A DNA stretch of 64,000 bases from Paragordius varius (lineage: Eukaryota; Animalia; Nematomorpha). The stretch covers positions 11,842,001 through 11,906,000 of the forward strand of contig OZ176052.1 of the NCBI GenBank assembly GCA_964247055.1. Direction: 5' to 3'. Within the stretch, counting starts at the first letter, position 1. Each line of letters opens with the position of its first letter. The position numbers and the translations under genes were made by a program. The notes beneath the pieces were generated by a model. The model made no database searches. It worked only from the letters and a program-made list of their open reading frames with translations, and was not told the DNA's origin. This document shows, one piece after another, positions 41,443-55,613 of this stretch.

Positions 41443-44400
41443 ATGAATTATTATAAATTTACAATTGATGATAAGTTGTATATGATAGGAAAATCGTTTT
41501 TTCATAAAAATAAGAATCTTGAAAACCCAGAAACAAGTCTTAAATGGTTATTAGAAACTACCGATATTAATAATTTGCCATACGGATTAAGCCACGATAT
41601 ATTTGAAGACATTTTAGATTATTTACGAACGGGTTGGTTACCGAAACAGCACGCTCCTATACGCATCTTACAGGTGAGTCTTTTAACACGAATGCTTTCT
41701 TTGCATGATTGTTCAGATGCCTTTATACAGGGATATGAAAAAACGACAGGCATCCCTTATGCACCAAACACTGTTAAAATTAGATTAACAAATGAAAAAA
41801 GTATCAACCTAAAAATTGATCAAAAGGTAATAGATTCACTTAAACGTGCAATCATTCACAAAATTTGTGAACAAATACATGTCATAAATCCTATTCCACT
41901 TAATGCCGTGTCCAACCATTTTTGCTGCTATGTTCTGCTGCTAGAAAAGGGACACTCATTTGATGATGCACTACATCGAAATATTATTATAATCAATGAC
42001 GGTACAATATCTAATGTATTATTAAAAATGTTATCAAACGCAAAAATTATACAAGAACATTCGAATATAATTGAAAATGTTTCACGGATTAATGAGAATA
42101 TCTTTTGTACTTTTAAATATATCGTTTTGAAGTCATATCAAGAATTAAACCAAGAAAATCTGGTGTGCAATTTGGATTTTGTAGATGATGATTTTGTAAA
42201 AATGATTAGGGATTCCCAAATTATCAAAACACATGAGATACAGCGAAGATGTGTTAAATTAATATTTATAACGTAAAATAGTAAATAAATACCATATTCT
42301 AGAATCATGTTTATAAATAAAATAAATTCCTATTTTTTATCATTACAACAAGTGTGAATGTTTAGTTTTGCGGGTGATTTAAATGCAGACTCTATGTCAG
42401 GAAAAGAAATTCCAACCATAAATACCCTAAATGTCCTACATATCCTATCTACTAACGTTGATAACCTAAACCAATTAAATAATTGCGAAACAGAGAAAAC
42501 GAAGTTAGAAATGGAGGAATATAGCAAAAACACGCACTCATACATAAATAACGTCACTGTTGAAACCTTATCCAATCTGTATTCTGGAATAGGTCTAATG
42601 CTTGGATATGCCCATATAAAGAACCAATTTGATCAAAAAGTTAAAATTTGGTTATATATGTAGATAAAAAATTTGTTAGAAACGGATCTCTTAGTTTATA
42701 GTTAAAATGATGCTCAAATTTTGAAGTTTTTGAAAATTTCTAACATAAATTCTTTTTTTTAATTCATTTACTATCATCTTCACAGCTTTGTTTAGTACCC
42801 ATACTTCAATTCAACCCTTGAAAATCATATTTCAAATTTTAATTTAATTTTAAATTGCTTTATGAGTTTATAAAGGGTTTATAGCACGGTTCCAGTTTAT
42901 TTTTTTCGGCTCTGGTTTTAAATATTTTTTGTCAAAGATTTTTCGGTTTTTTTTATTGTTTTTAGTGAAATGGCTTTATTATCACTTCATTTTATTTAAA
43001 TATAAATAATTTAACATTTAAACAAATGATCCCAAAACAAAATTATAAAAAATATGTATGAGTCCAGGTTTCAAATATACCTTTATGATTTTAATTTATT
43101 AGAAAACGATATTTAAAACAGAGCGACATTGCATTTATTAAAAAATGGAAAAAAATTCCATTAAAAGCTGATGACCGGTATTACCGAAAGGGTGTCAGTT
43201 AATATCTAATTTTATAAATATTTTTTTCTGTTTTCTGCTCGTATTTATCCATTTTTTGGCTTGAATGTGTGAAATTCATGGACAATTCGATTAACTGTAA
43301 AATTATGCTGCCATTTACCGTTTAGAATGTTTTAATATATCATATGAGCTTCGAGAGTGTCCTTTAAACTTCACATCAAGAATATTTTTTAACACCACAA
43401 GTTGGTCCTTGAGTTTAGTGTGCCTAGATTTTTTGGGTTTATTTCTAAAATTCTTTCAAAGACAGCACTACCATGAAGTAGATTAGAAAATAACTATTTT
43501 TAAGTTAAATTATAAAAAGTCACCAATATAAAACATTATTTTTATTAAAATTATAAAAAGTCACCAATATAAAACATTTTTTTTATTAAAATTATAATAG
43601 ATGAAATTAATAATTGCCGGTAATATAAGCGACGCAGAATTATTGGCACAAAAGATCCAAGTATTTTCAGCCAATGTTGACAAAATGAAAATGCTCGATA
43701 TTATTACCGTGGGTACGATAGAATTAATTACGTCGGAATTAAATTCGCTTTACAATCAAATACTTACTGGGCAATCGAAAAGAGAGTACTCAATTAAATA
43801 TTTAAAAAAATATATAATATATATATATATAATGCATATAATTTTAAATTAATATTTCGTCAATATTAAAACCATTTTTGATATATATATATGGGAAATT
43901 TGACTTTAATTGCTTAAATAAATACTTGCCTAAATTTTTTATGATTTTCATTATGTCCGTTATTTTATATATATGTAAATTTATTGATATTTATTGCGGC
44001 TTCTTTTAATATTTCCGGTTAGATTTAATCATTCTATATATTATTAGGAAATGTCTAAATGATATGACACTTTGGCTTCAAAATAGTATGAAATCAGGAT
44101 CAGAATTACAAATTGGGACAATTAACAAATCTAGTGCTCTGAATTTTATGATAGATAATAGAAATTCCAATCGTTCTAAATCCTGCAAAAATAAATCCGA
44201 TAGTGAGTTTGAAATATTTATTTTGAGTATTTTTCAAATGACACCATTATCCTTTTTAAAAATTTTAATCGTAAATTCCTTCAAATGTTTCCAGCAATGC
44301 CTATTAATGACACCCAAAACGTTTTCTGCAAGATTTTTATTATTTTTTGACTGTTAATTAGGATTTAAAAGAAATAATTATATAATGATATGCGGATAAA

Positions 44401-47400
44401 ATTTAACAAAATTAAAATAAAAAATGCTGACTAAAAGGATAACATATAAAACCCATAGTTGGATATTTTTATTTATAAATTGAACCTTGTTAAACAATTT
44501 TTTTAAATTTTAGTATTAGGCGGTTCATTTAATATGATTAGAAACTATTTTTATAGATATTAGGTACAAATCAATCGAGTATTTGGCAGATTTGTTGAGC
44601 CAAAAATATTTTATACTTCAAACTATGGAAAAAATCATAAAAACAATCGAAGATGGCGAACCCTCGATCGAAATGATGGAGAGTTATTGTGCACTATTTC
44701 AAAATATGTTACCTTACTTGCGTAAATATAAATATCTTTCATGCCTTCATGAGTCATTTATACAGGTATTGCGATATTTAAATTCCATTTTGTTTAGCTT
44801 GTTAATTATTATATATTCTGTACGCCAAGGTTAATTTATTTTCATTGTATGTTTTATAATATTCTTTATCATTCAAAACGCCTTAAGATAAAGATAATTT
44901 TAATCACTAAAATCTTTGATTTTTAGAGCCTGGAAAGAGACTTGGCAGAAAACGATTACGAGGAAGATGACATGGAATTTTTCAATACCTTTCTTTTGGA
45001 TTACAAAACTTCTTATGATTTTTACCAAATTATAAGTGTCAAAGATTATCCCAAAAACTGCAATAGGTGCATAAGTAAAATATAGAATTATTAAATAAAC
45101 CAACTATGCTAATATGTTTTTTCCTCTAATTTAAATTTTGTGATTCAATGATTCACTATTTACTCATAATAAATCTAACTTTATATAATAATAAAGTTGA
45201 AATAACTCATGCTTTTAGTGGTTTTTCAAAGTTGTAATAGTGTAAGCTTCATATATATTACATATCCAAAAATGAGGCGGTCCATTAAGACTTAGGGCTT
45301 TTGTAATTGTCGATACGATTTTTTATCCAAGTCGATCCCTTTTATAATCATAAAAAAAGATGTTAACAATAGATTGGCAAAAATCAAAGCTAACAAAATA
45401 TCGGCTAACAGAAAAAGTATACCAATTGTATTATCCAAAACTTGTAAATTCACATTTGGAACACATAAATCGCGCAAAAATAAATTTAAACCCCCTCTCA
45501 CATTAAATGCCATAAACAAGGCCGCAACTGACGGAAATCATCCTTCCCATATACATCTTATGACAAATAAAATTATCGGAAAAACTAAACAAAACTCAAA
45601 AAATCATAATGATTCATCACTAAATACATCATTTTCAGAGGAAGATAATCTTTGTAACATTTTAACGAATATGAATATACTAAAGGCGTCTGATGATACA
45701 TCTCTAACTGATTTATATAATGAGTTACTTGATGTTTTTCTTATACCAGACAACCCTAATGCAATAAATCTACAAAGAATAATTACAATAAAAACAGCCT
45801 TTGATGCAAAGACGGATTTTATAACTTTCGTCAAGCTTCTGACACTGTCCATATGTTATGCAAGTTTGGAACGGACAATATTTTTGGGCTCCAAATTTTG
45901 CCGATCTCTCCCAATTTTAAGAGAAATTATATTGCGAGAAAATAAGGAAAACCGTGGAAAAAGCAAACCAATAATCTATTTCTCGGGTAGTGTTCTTATT
46001 TTATTGTGTAACTTTTAATTGTATAAATATTATAATATATTGTAATTTATCTTAAGTTTTATTAAGCTTATATGAATTTGTTTACTTGTTAGTATTAGAT
46101 GCATGTAAAGATTTCGTGATATCTCAAAATAATGCTCCCAAACTCATGAGTAACATTTTACAAAACATGGTCTCAACGCTAATCGTTGATCAAAAAATAC
46201 TGCTGCAAGTAAATTCTTTTATTGTAAAGAGATTTTAAGTTTTCACTAAAAATATGACGGGAAACTAAATATTCTTAATTCCGTCCTTGAAAAATTCAAA
46301 AATAAAATTGTGTATTTAATATATAAAGGTGAAAGCAAAATGCGCTAAACAACTGATCTTATCTTTTTTTTAACTTTTATTGCAGGGTCCAATATCTTCG
46401 CTGCTTTGGTAATTTTTGGTTTTTATTTATTATGAGCCCGAATTTGTATGATATATATTCTAAATAATCGTAAATTTTTGATTCCAATCTTTTATTATTT
46501 TAACATTTTTTAGAGCACTTTTGCGTACCGAACAAAGCGTGTTAGACATCCCTGTTTTAGTTACTTATAACGCTACAGGAGCGTCCAACAAGACCCGCGA
46601 AAAATTTTGAAATTTATTATTCAAAAATATGTTCACAATAAGCAAAATTGATATATCATAAAATTTTTTCTAAATAAGTCTAATAATTGCATGAACTAGA
46701 GAATATATGCAATATTGCGTTGGCATTTGGCAGGCTTGTGTTTAAAATTTAATAGATTATATATGAATGCCCCATATTTGATATGCGGCCCGTGAAGCCA
46801 TTTGTTTTGGACACCCCTGCTTTTGTGTACATGTCATTTGTAATTTTTGATATTATATAAAAATATTATATATCATCTGTTAAGGAATAGTTTTTTGCCG
46901 TTGTTTTGCTTTTATGGCCTTCGCCCCAACCTTGATTTCTGAAAGCCAAGGATTTTCCCCTAAAATATTGTTTTTCAATGGGTACAATAGATTACATTTT
47001 TAACATATTTAAAGCAGCGTTTGAAATATTATTTAAAGTAAAAGATATAGTGCTACCGTTCTGTTCGTTAAAATTTGAAACAATGATTGGATTATATATA
47101 AAATTTAATTATGAGTATAAAAATTTAAGCGCTGCATTTAAGAAGATATTGTTGCATGCCTGAATCCTGTGTTGAATACATATAATGAAGAAAAGTTTGC
47201 CTCTTAACACATATATATTAAATAGACTAGCGTAAATCTCGTGCTGCTACGCAGCACGAGGAAGTCCTTCGGACTTCTGGGGGGGGTATTTGAAATAAGG
47301 GACAATAAAATGATCCACATATGTGGATTATTTCGAACATTATTTAATTATGATTTTATAGGAATTTTAAAACGGTGCATTGATACTAATATATTGTTTA

Positions 47401-47818
47401 CTTGGGGGAAAAATAGATTTAAAAAATTATTTTTGTGGATTTTGTTTTTTGAAAAAAATGGCATTTTACGGGGGGAGCGGGTAAAAAGAGGGCCTAAATC
47501 AAAAAAGCGAGACGACTATGTTCTGCGCAATCGAAAATAAGTAAACAAAAATCATATTTGAAATTGAATGGTCCAACACGTTCTCCAGAAAATTGTCTCA
47601 AAGACAAGTGTTTTCAAAAAAACCCGTTTTTCATACGGGGTGGGCCCGAACTGGGGGCCTATTTCAAAAAAAGGGCGAAGCTATTGTCGGGACATTCATT
47701 AATGATTTTATTTTTTCGATGTTTGGATTTGAATGGGTCTACCGGTCTTCCGGTACCAGATCACAAAGCCAGCATTTTCCATTTTTATAAATATATAGAT
47801 TACTTAGATATATATTAT

Positions 47819-47876
<58 letters not shown>

Positions 47877-48107
47877 ATATTTACAATATAGTGGTTTGAA
47901 AGAGAAGACTTATTAAACGTTGAATGTCAAAATGATATTTCTGCCATGATTTACATCTTACTATATTGGTCGAGCGAATGTATGACAGAACTAATTAATA
48001 ATGATAATGGATCAACGTATGATGATGAGAGCAGTACCGCAACCTCTGATGAATCCACTTCAAATAAGGATACCGAATCATCTATGAGTTCTGTATCAAA
48101 CAAATGA
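41443..48107 (+). CDS. Putative large multi-exon orphan: N-terminal BTB/POZ(T1)-like domain, helical body and a Cys cluster
   Basis: Phase-consistent chain 41443-42272, 42366-42639, 43601-~43785, 44049-~44202, 44564-44765, 44927-45074, 45219-45241, 45296-45986, 46099-46208, 46386-~46408. The 3' end is unresolved (possible stop at 46412, or further exons near 46891-47190 and a terminal exon 47892-48107). BTB-like signature YYKFTIDDKLYMI ... DIFEDILDYLRTGWL. Confidence 0.5.
43510..43591. repeat. 41-bp tandem duplication
   Basis: Two near-identical TTATAAAAAGTCACCAATATAAAACATT...ATTAAAA units immediately upstream of the acceptor at 43600. Confidence 0.85.
46576..46819. mobile_element. hAT-type MITE
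   Basis: Imperfect TIRs CAGGAGCGTCCAA / TTGGACACCCCTG; no clean TSD. Confidence 0.6.
47226..47800 (+). mobile_element. Helitron/Helentron-like non-autonomous element
   Basis: Begins ACTAG followed by two perfect hairpins (CTCGTGCTGC-TAC-GCAGCACGAG; GAAGTCC-TTC-GGACTTC); relatively GC-rich body; ends ATATATAGAT next to a TA microsatellite. Confidence 0.5.
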
Positions 48108-48614
48108 TTTAACTAATTAATAAATGTTTTATATACGTGAAATTAAGTGTTATTTATATTTTTACTTTAAATTTTTTATGAGCTAAAAGGTGGAAAATAA
48201 AATGTTTAAGTTTTTAGGACTTTCCGAGTACTATTAATTTTGGGTCAAAAAATGTAATTTGTGAAAATAGGTAATCTAACGCTTTCAAAATCAGATATAA
48301 ATTGCTGGCGAAAATTAAAAAAACATTGAATAAAATAATGCAAATCGTCGAAAAGTTTTTTAATCATAGTTGGTAATGAAAGAATATACGAATGATTGCT
48401 ATTCAAGAGCTTCGGTAGGCTTATAAAAGAGTGTGAAATATATTTTCCAAAAATAGGTAAGAATTTTTACATATTTTTTTCTATTTAAAAAATATACCAT
48501 TGCTACTTTTATATAAATATTTAGATTTTTTATCCAATTTTTTAATGCAAAGCGGATAATTCAAAAGAGTAGGGCGTATACCCTAATTTATGATTTAAAT
48601 ATCAAACCCTATTA

Positions 48615-48896
48615 TATACCATTTACACTTATTCACCCTTAAACGATCCAAACCTTTGAACAATAATCCCCCCTCGAACAATTCAAGTACACCCTAAAAT
48701 AAATTGTGTATTTTTAGGATTAAAAATTACCTATATTTTAAAATTGTGATACTAAAAATATAATAAACTAAGCCATAGAGATATATCTATTAATAATAAG
48801 TTATATTAACCCGAAATCACAGTTTATTTTTAGGGTGAATTTGAATTGAGGGTGAATTTAAATTGTTCAAGGGTAAATTTGAATTGTAAATAGTAT
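48615..48896. mobile_element. MITE family A copy (best preserved)
   Basis: TATACCATTTACACTTATTCACCCTT ... AAGGGTAAATTTGAATTGTAAATAGTATA with internal repeated GGGTGAATTT units. Confidence 0.8.
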
Positions 48897-49030
48897 ATAA
48901 ACAGCTCTTCGAAGCGGTTTATAAAAAGTGGACCAGGAACCGGGCTGGTTTAACGGTTTCGAAACCGGTACTTTACATTAACACTGCATAATAAGAATTT
49001 TAATATATGTTAGATATATACTATTAGCAC

Positions 49031-49620
49031 TTCAAGAGTGTCCTTTAACACTTCAAGTTTATCCTTGAACACTTCAAGTGGTCCTTGAAATTTTTGATTT
49101 AGATATAACCATAAATTTAAATTTCATTATTTGATCATTCTTTAACCAAATTTTCTTGATTAATTATGTATTTATTATATATGCAATAATACAGCTAAAA
49201 TTATATAAATTTATTATGATATTTCGATTACTACAAGTAATCTTTGTCAAAAGTAAAAAATAAAATTAAAATATAAATTAAAATTTGAATTATAAAGTAA
49301 AAATATTTAATGAAATATATATTAAAATTCTAATTAATAACCCAGAAAACTTATTTTTTTAACTACATGTAAACTTATTAAAATTAATATATTTATTAAG
49401 AACTTATATACAGTTTCTGAATGTTCTAAAGTTGATATTGATTTGAAAGTTTTATTTAATGAATAGAATAGGTTAAAAACAATAAATTATATGAATTCTA
49501 TATGGTTTGATTGATAAAGTTAAAAATAATTTTAAAATGTTGAAGGATGCGCTTGAAATGTTCAAGGACCGACTTGAAGTGTTGGATTAACTTGAAATCT
49601 TCAAGGCTCTAGAAGTGCAA
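49031..49620. repeat. Foldback-like element with tandem CTTCAAG/CTTGAA subrepeats in inverted orientation
   Basis: ACTTCAAG...CCTTGAA units at 49031-49090 are mirrored at 49541-49615; related sequence near 43345-43410; about 110-bp direct repeat between 49190-49300 and 49728-49840. Confidence 0.55.
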
Positions 49621-51448
49621 ATGGTATATTTATCCATGAAAATTTGGCCCTAAATAACCAACAAATAACTTAATTTTTGGATATTGTTTACGCTGAAGTG
49701 TGATTGTATTATTATATTGCAATTATAATAGCTAAAATTATATGAATTTATTGTAAATTTTCGATTACTACTAGTAATCTTTGTCAAACATAAAAAAATA
49801 TAATTAAAATATAAACTAAAATATAAAGTATAAAGTAAAAATCTACCGCTTATTCTGATTGTAAAAATAATGCAGTTATCAAAAATGTGCCAGTATCTAA
49901 ATCAGGGGGCCTAATATGGGGCCGCATTTGAGATTAATATGGACATTCACAATATTTTATTAGACTTCAAACATAAGATTGTTGATGATAATAGATTATA
50001 ATATTTATATCTAATTTGTTACCAATCGGATAAACAATTCAGAAAATTTGTTTTAGTAATAATATAATTAGGATTTTGTGAGTACTTTAAAAATTATGGA
50101 TTTCTGAATTTTTCGCGGGCCGTGCATATAATGTTTCGGGCAGTCTGTACATCCTATTTTAAATTCATATGTGGTTTATTGCGACACGCATCAAACTGTA
50201 TAAAATTTTTAATTAATCACAAAAATATAATATAATTTTAATATTTGAGCTGATACAAAACTGTAGCAGAAACTATAGGTGAAAGATTTTTCTAATATAT
50301 ATAATTCACATTTTATTTTGACTCAAATCTGAAACAGTTTGGACGTACTTTCCTGAAACGAACTAAAACACAAGTTAATGTTTGTCACTCTATATACATA
50401 TGTTCTACAAGCTGAATAATTATCAATCTATTTAAATGTGTAAATAAATTTTTTAGTCCCATAGTTTTTACAGCTGGGCGAATTAAAATAGATTCATTAT
50501 TTAATAACCAAATTGGTTTTGCTTTGATGGGACAAATTCGTGACAATATTTTGCTCTGATATTGGAAATTACATTAAAGTAAAAAGGAACTAAACGTATT
50601 TGATAATTTAGCGTTTAATTGATTTAAGAAAATCGATTTTCATAGTTTTAGGATTCACAGCCTAATTTTAATCTGAGTTTCATTGTTAACCAAGGATATT
50701 ATATTTCAATCAATTTTGAAATAATTTATTTACTTCTATCGAAATAAATAAATTTTATACACATTATACTATATAATAATAATAAACGACTTTGATAAAA
50801 ATTATCTTCTGATAAAACTGGCCATTGAGATGAGCATAATATGAGTCTTGAGAGTTAATAAAAACAAAGTAAAATAATTCCTTCAAAAAATTTCTATAAA
50901 TATTTCAGTTCATTTTGCTGTGGTTTTAATAATTTTTTTATTGAAACTCGACTCCGATATTCATAAACCGCTAAACTTTCTCGGTATAAGGAGCAAAGAT
51001 GAAAGGTTGATTGATTAAGAAATCGATTTAGCTGTTAATGAGCTGGTACAAATTAATATAGTATGTGATTAAAATATCGTTATAAGTTTAGTTGAAGAAA
51101 ATTCGACTTTATACCGATACTCATACCGCCAAATTTTCTCGGTATACAATGAAAATTAATATTGGTTTACTGTTTAAAACTTTTTATACTGTTTAAAACA
51201 TATAATAGATTGATGTTTATATAATATACTTTATGCTGCCCAATATTTGAAGTGTGGATTTTTAGTTTTGATAAGACATATTTTAGATATTTAAATTTTT
51301 TTATTGAAAGCATTAAAATATATAAATGATTGTTAAAGTGATTGTTTAGATATAATAAACTAATATATAAGCTATAAATTGTGTTTATAGAATAGACCTT
51401 GTCAAAATTGCAATATGTTTTTTAAAAAATTATTTATTTCCGAATGAA

Positions 51449-51484
<36 letters not shown>

Positions 51485-52729
51485 GAAAATTATTAATTCG
51501 GTAATTTTCTCCTTGGTATTCATGACAAAATGTGTGACTTTCGAAGTTAACTTTAAACAAATATTTTACTGATATATTAACAAATGTGGTTTTTTATGTA
51601 ATGTCCGCCGATATTTCTATTTTTTATATAATTACTATAAAAGTTAGTATGAGTGACTTGAAATATTAATATCAAACTTTTTATTAATCCTTCTGTGCAT
51701 GTTCCTTTGAACAGAAGAAGAGAATAAATTATACTTTGTAAATTATATTAAATTCGAATCATTATATTGAAATATTATGAGAAATATTTAAAATATATAA
51801 TGATCCTTATTCCAATGGGTATTAGATGTTCAAAATTTCATTTAATCTCAAATTAGTCAAACAATAGTAATTCATCGATGATTGAATTTTTATTAATAAT
51901 ATAAAATGTAAACCGTTTAAGTAAAGATGGAAAATTATCAAATAATAAACTTTTTGAATTATTGTTTTTCAGAAAAAAATTGCATTCAATGATGTTTGCA
52001 TAAAACTTAACTGGAAATTTACCAATCGTGAACCATGAATCAATACTCGTCTAAAATTTAATTATCACTCGCGTCCATAATCCATATAAATTATTAATTT
52101 TAACAAAAAGGATGGCGAATGTGGTCAAAATTTAAATTTAAAAAATGAGTTTAAGCTTTTTGGGCACTTTCGATTGGTAATTATTGTTGACACTTAAAAT
52201 AATTAAAACCTATCAAAAATAATTAACATGGTAACAAAAATAATAAATAAAATTAACATTTTATTAGAAATTTTTTGATTAATTCAAAAATATTATTGTG
52301 TCGGCTGTAAATTAAATGAACTATTCCTGCAAAAAATATTTAAGAATATTTAATCTCACTTTTTTATTTTAAAACTGTACATATTTCCAAACTTTTGGAG
52401 GGAGGATAAAGTTCCTATTAATTATATTTTCCATAAAAATGGGAACCATGCGTTTTGGCATAATGGTTTTAATATATAAGTATAATTTACTACTATTTTA
52501 TACTAAATATCTCTATATTTATATACTTATTAAAAAGTGAATACCATTTCTCCTGATTTGTATTATACATAAGAGTATAATAAAATAAAATATTTTTATA
52601 GGTCAAACTGCAAAAAACAAATACCTTTCTTGACTATTTTCCAATATATTTTTTTTCTTGTAATCATAATAAAATTGTATCGTATTTAAATTTACATTGT
52701 TTTATAAAAAAATTCATGTGTGGAATTAT

Positions 52730-54813
52730 ATGATCACGGTTGAATATTTTAGTTTGTTATATTCGAGGTGTGGAAAAATAGTAAGTTTACAACGATGTAC
52801 CCTACTTATATCCGTTATAATACTGTATTGTTACGTCGATATTTGGACTAATTCGCATTATGAAGAACTTTCTGGCCTTATTCCAGGTAATGTTTCAATA
52901 TTATTAACTAAATAAAGTATTTAGATAAAATTATAACCAAATTTATTCTTAATTATATTAATTCAATACAGAAACGAGAGCTATTTATGGGCCATTTCGA
53001 TTTTTGATCGCTGAAAGGAAATTTACATAACTGTAGCCTGGTTGAGAGATTTTTCATTTTATTAATTGCATATATTTAAAAGAGCGCTGTATTTTTTTTC
53101 ATAAATCTAAAAAATTTACCTAAAAATAAAAAAAATGATCATACATGGCTACAGACCTGTAAACCAAATCCCCTTTTATCCATTTAAAATACCGAAAAGG
53201 CCATAATAAGCTCTAGTTACTGTAATGAAAAAATATTAGTTAAGAGAACAAACAACGATTGTTTGGATCCAGAAACAATACAAGAACTAAAGAAAATACC
53301 CTCTATGTGGTTTTCCACAAATTTGCCAACCAAATATATTGAAAGAAATCAGCGATTATCCCGCAAATGTGCGATACTTTATCCATTTATGAAGAAAAAT
53401 GGGAGCACAAAAGCTAACCACAATTTCTATAATATATTTGTGGAACCGAAACACAGTGGACTTCTTTATTGTACGGTGTATAAAGTTGCATCTACAAATT
53501 GGTTAAAAATGTTAATGCTATTCTCTCAAACTAACCATTGGAATATGTTTAAGCAAATGTTTGCGACTATAGAATCGGAAGTGAGCGAAAACTCACCCTA
53601 TTATTTTGATTGGATTAACAATGTAACCGATAGTATTTATATGGATGAAGCTCATTACAACAATAGTTTGATTGGATCCCAAAGCTGGCCTCATGGCTGG
53701 TCAACCGATTGTCTAAAGCGTTTGATGGCAAATTTTTTGTCCTTTTTTTTCGTTCGACATCCCTTGGAACGTCTTGTATCAGCTTATTTGGATAAATACA
53801 CCTATGCTCCCAGCGCATCAAACATGTATTACCAACAACATATCGGAACTCTGATTATACGTAAATTTAGGCCCAATGCTAGCGCCATGTCACTTAAATT
53901 GTAAACTTTTGTTTAATTCGTATTGACGTTTATAGGTAAACGATGATCTGGCATAATAAAATGGAATTAATCTCTTTATAAACTTAAGTGATTTACAGTT
54001 ACCACAAGGAATAACTTAAAGTTATTTCACAAAACAATATAAAACCGTTAAGGCTTTTTATTAGGTCAGACACCATACTAATATCTTTGTTGTGTGGCTT
54101 AGTAAGAAACCGACCATCATATTTTAAATAATACTAAAAAATTTAATGTGCAAATGCAATTGATTTTAATTTACACATTAATTTTGAAACATCGTAATTT
54201 ATAAAAATGTTATAAGTTAGATAGTGATACTATTCAAATGTCAATTGTCAATCATATTATGTGCTATTAAAGATATAACTATTCAAAATATTTAAAATTT
54301 TTTATTTGTTATCATTAAAATATATTTGTAAAATATAATTTAATAATTTATAGTGGACATGATGTAACCTTTTCAGAGTTTATTGATTGGGTATTGTATG
54401 AATACAATGTAACTAATGGTAACATAGATCGGCTTTATAAACCCATTTCACGGGAATGTCGCCCATGTGAAATACGCTTTCACATTTTGGGTCGCTATGA
54501 AACGTTTGATCAAGACGTAAATACCATTTTTAGGGCAATTAATGCCATTAGAATCCAGCAAGATATACAAAATAAACACCATATAACAAACGAATATGAA
54601 CAACAACCCCATTTTTCTTTTCCTAATTTAAGACACGATTCTTTAACTAGACACACGCGAACAAAACATGAAATCGCCGTAAAAATGTTTCAACAAATAG
54701 ATCGAGAAAGAGTTAAACGTATAATTGATATTTATAAGGAAGATTTTTATCTATTTGATTATGATTATACGGACTATATATCAGACATGGATATTACTTC
54801 TCCTGCGGAATAA
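52730..54813 (+). CDS. Golgi carbohydrate sulfotransferase (Sulfotransfer_2; CHST8-14/HNK1-ST family)
   Basis: Exons ~52730-52886 (type II TM anchor), ~53240-53900 and 54354-54813. 5'-PAPS motif YCTVYKVASTNW; 3'-PAPS motif FFFVRHPLERLVSAYLDK; TFSEFI; C.PC.IRFHILGRYETF.QD; YKEDFYLFDY. Start codon uncertain. Confidence 0.9.
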
Positions 54814-55613
54814 TCAAAAAATTAGCTTATTTTTAAATCTTTCAATTTCTGATGGACAGGACATTTATTATAAAAAACAATCCTATTTCGCTCTTAAACA
54901 ATCGCAAAATATTTTGCTTGTGTAATTCTAGACATTCTGCTTGTTCCAAAAAATGGATTTATTAAAATTATGATTGAATTGTATTAACTAAAATTTTTGG
55001 CCTCAATATCCATTCTCCACTATCTCACAATAGTTATAACGGTATACATCTGTTCTTTGCGGTGCACACACACACACGCATATTATAACTATGAATATAC
55101 GCAAATACAATAACAATAATTTGTTTATATAGATAGATATAAATATGAATGATAACAATTGATTTCTTATTTATGCGTATTTCTTATGTTAGTTTGTTTG
55201 TATTTGATGAGCTTACTTACTTACCCCCTTTATTTATTGTTGCTTGCTTGACATTAAACTTTAAATAAACCTCACGCTTTTTTTATAAATTTAACACAAT
55301 ACCTACCTTATCAAACCTTATCTCTTTGTTTTCAAATCCAAAAAGTTTATCGTCGCATCACCAAAATTTTTTATTGGAGATTATGATTATTTGGGAAGAA
55401 TATCTTTATATTTATATTCTTTAAAGCGATGCAATTTGTCATACATGTTTAATGTTATAATTATTATCTATAATTGCTCAAAGACCGTAACAATCAACCC
55501 TTTATCATGATTATCATTTAATAATCCAAGCCCAAATTTTTGAAGGGTAACCAAAAATGATTTTTTTAAATTATAATGAGTTATTTGTTTGAAACATCAA
55601 CAAAAAATTGATT

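Noticed and set aside
44900-45852. Minus-strand hydrophobic ORFs at 44900, 45292 and 45604
   Set aside because: Antisense to plus-strand exons that form a phase-consistent chain.
47241-47830. Three overlapping ORFs in a GC-richer patch
   Set aside because: They lie within the Helitron-like repeat; no coding signature or splice chain.
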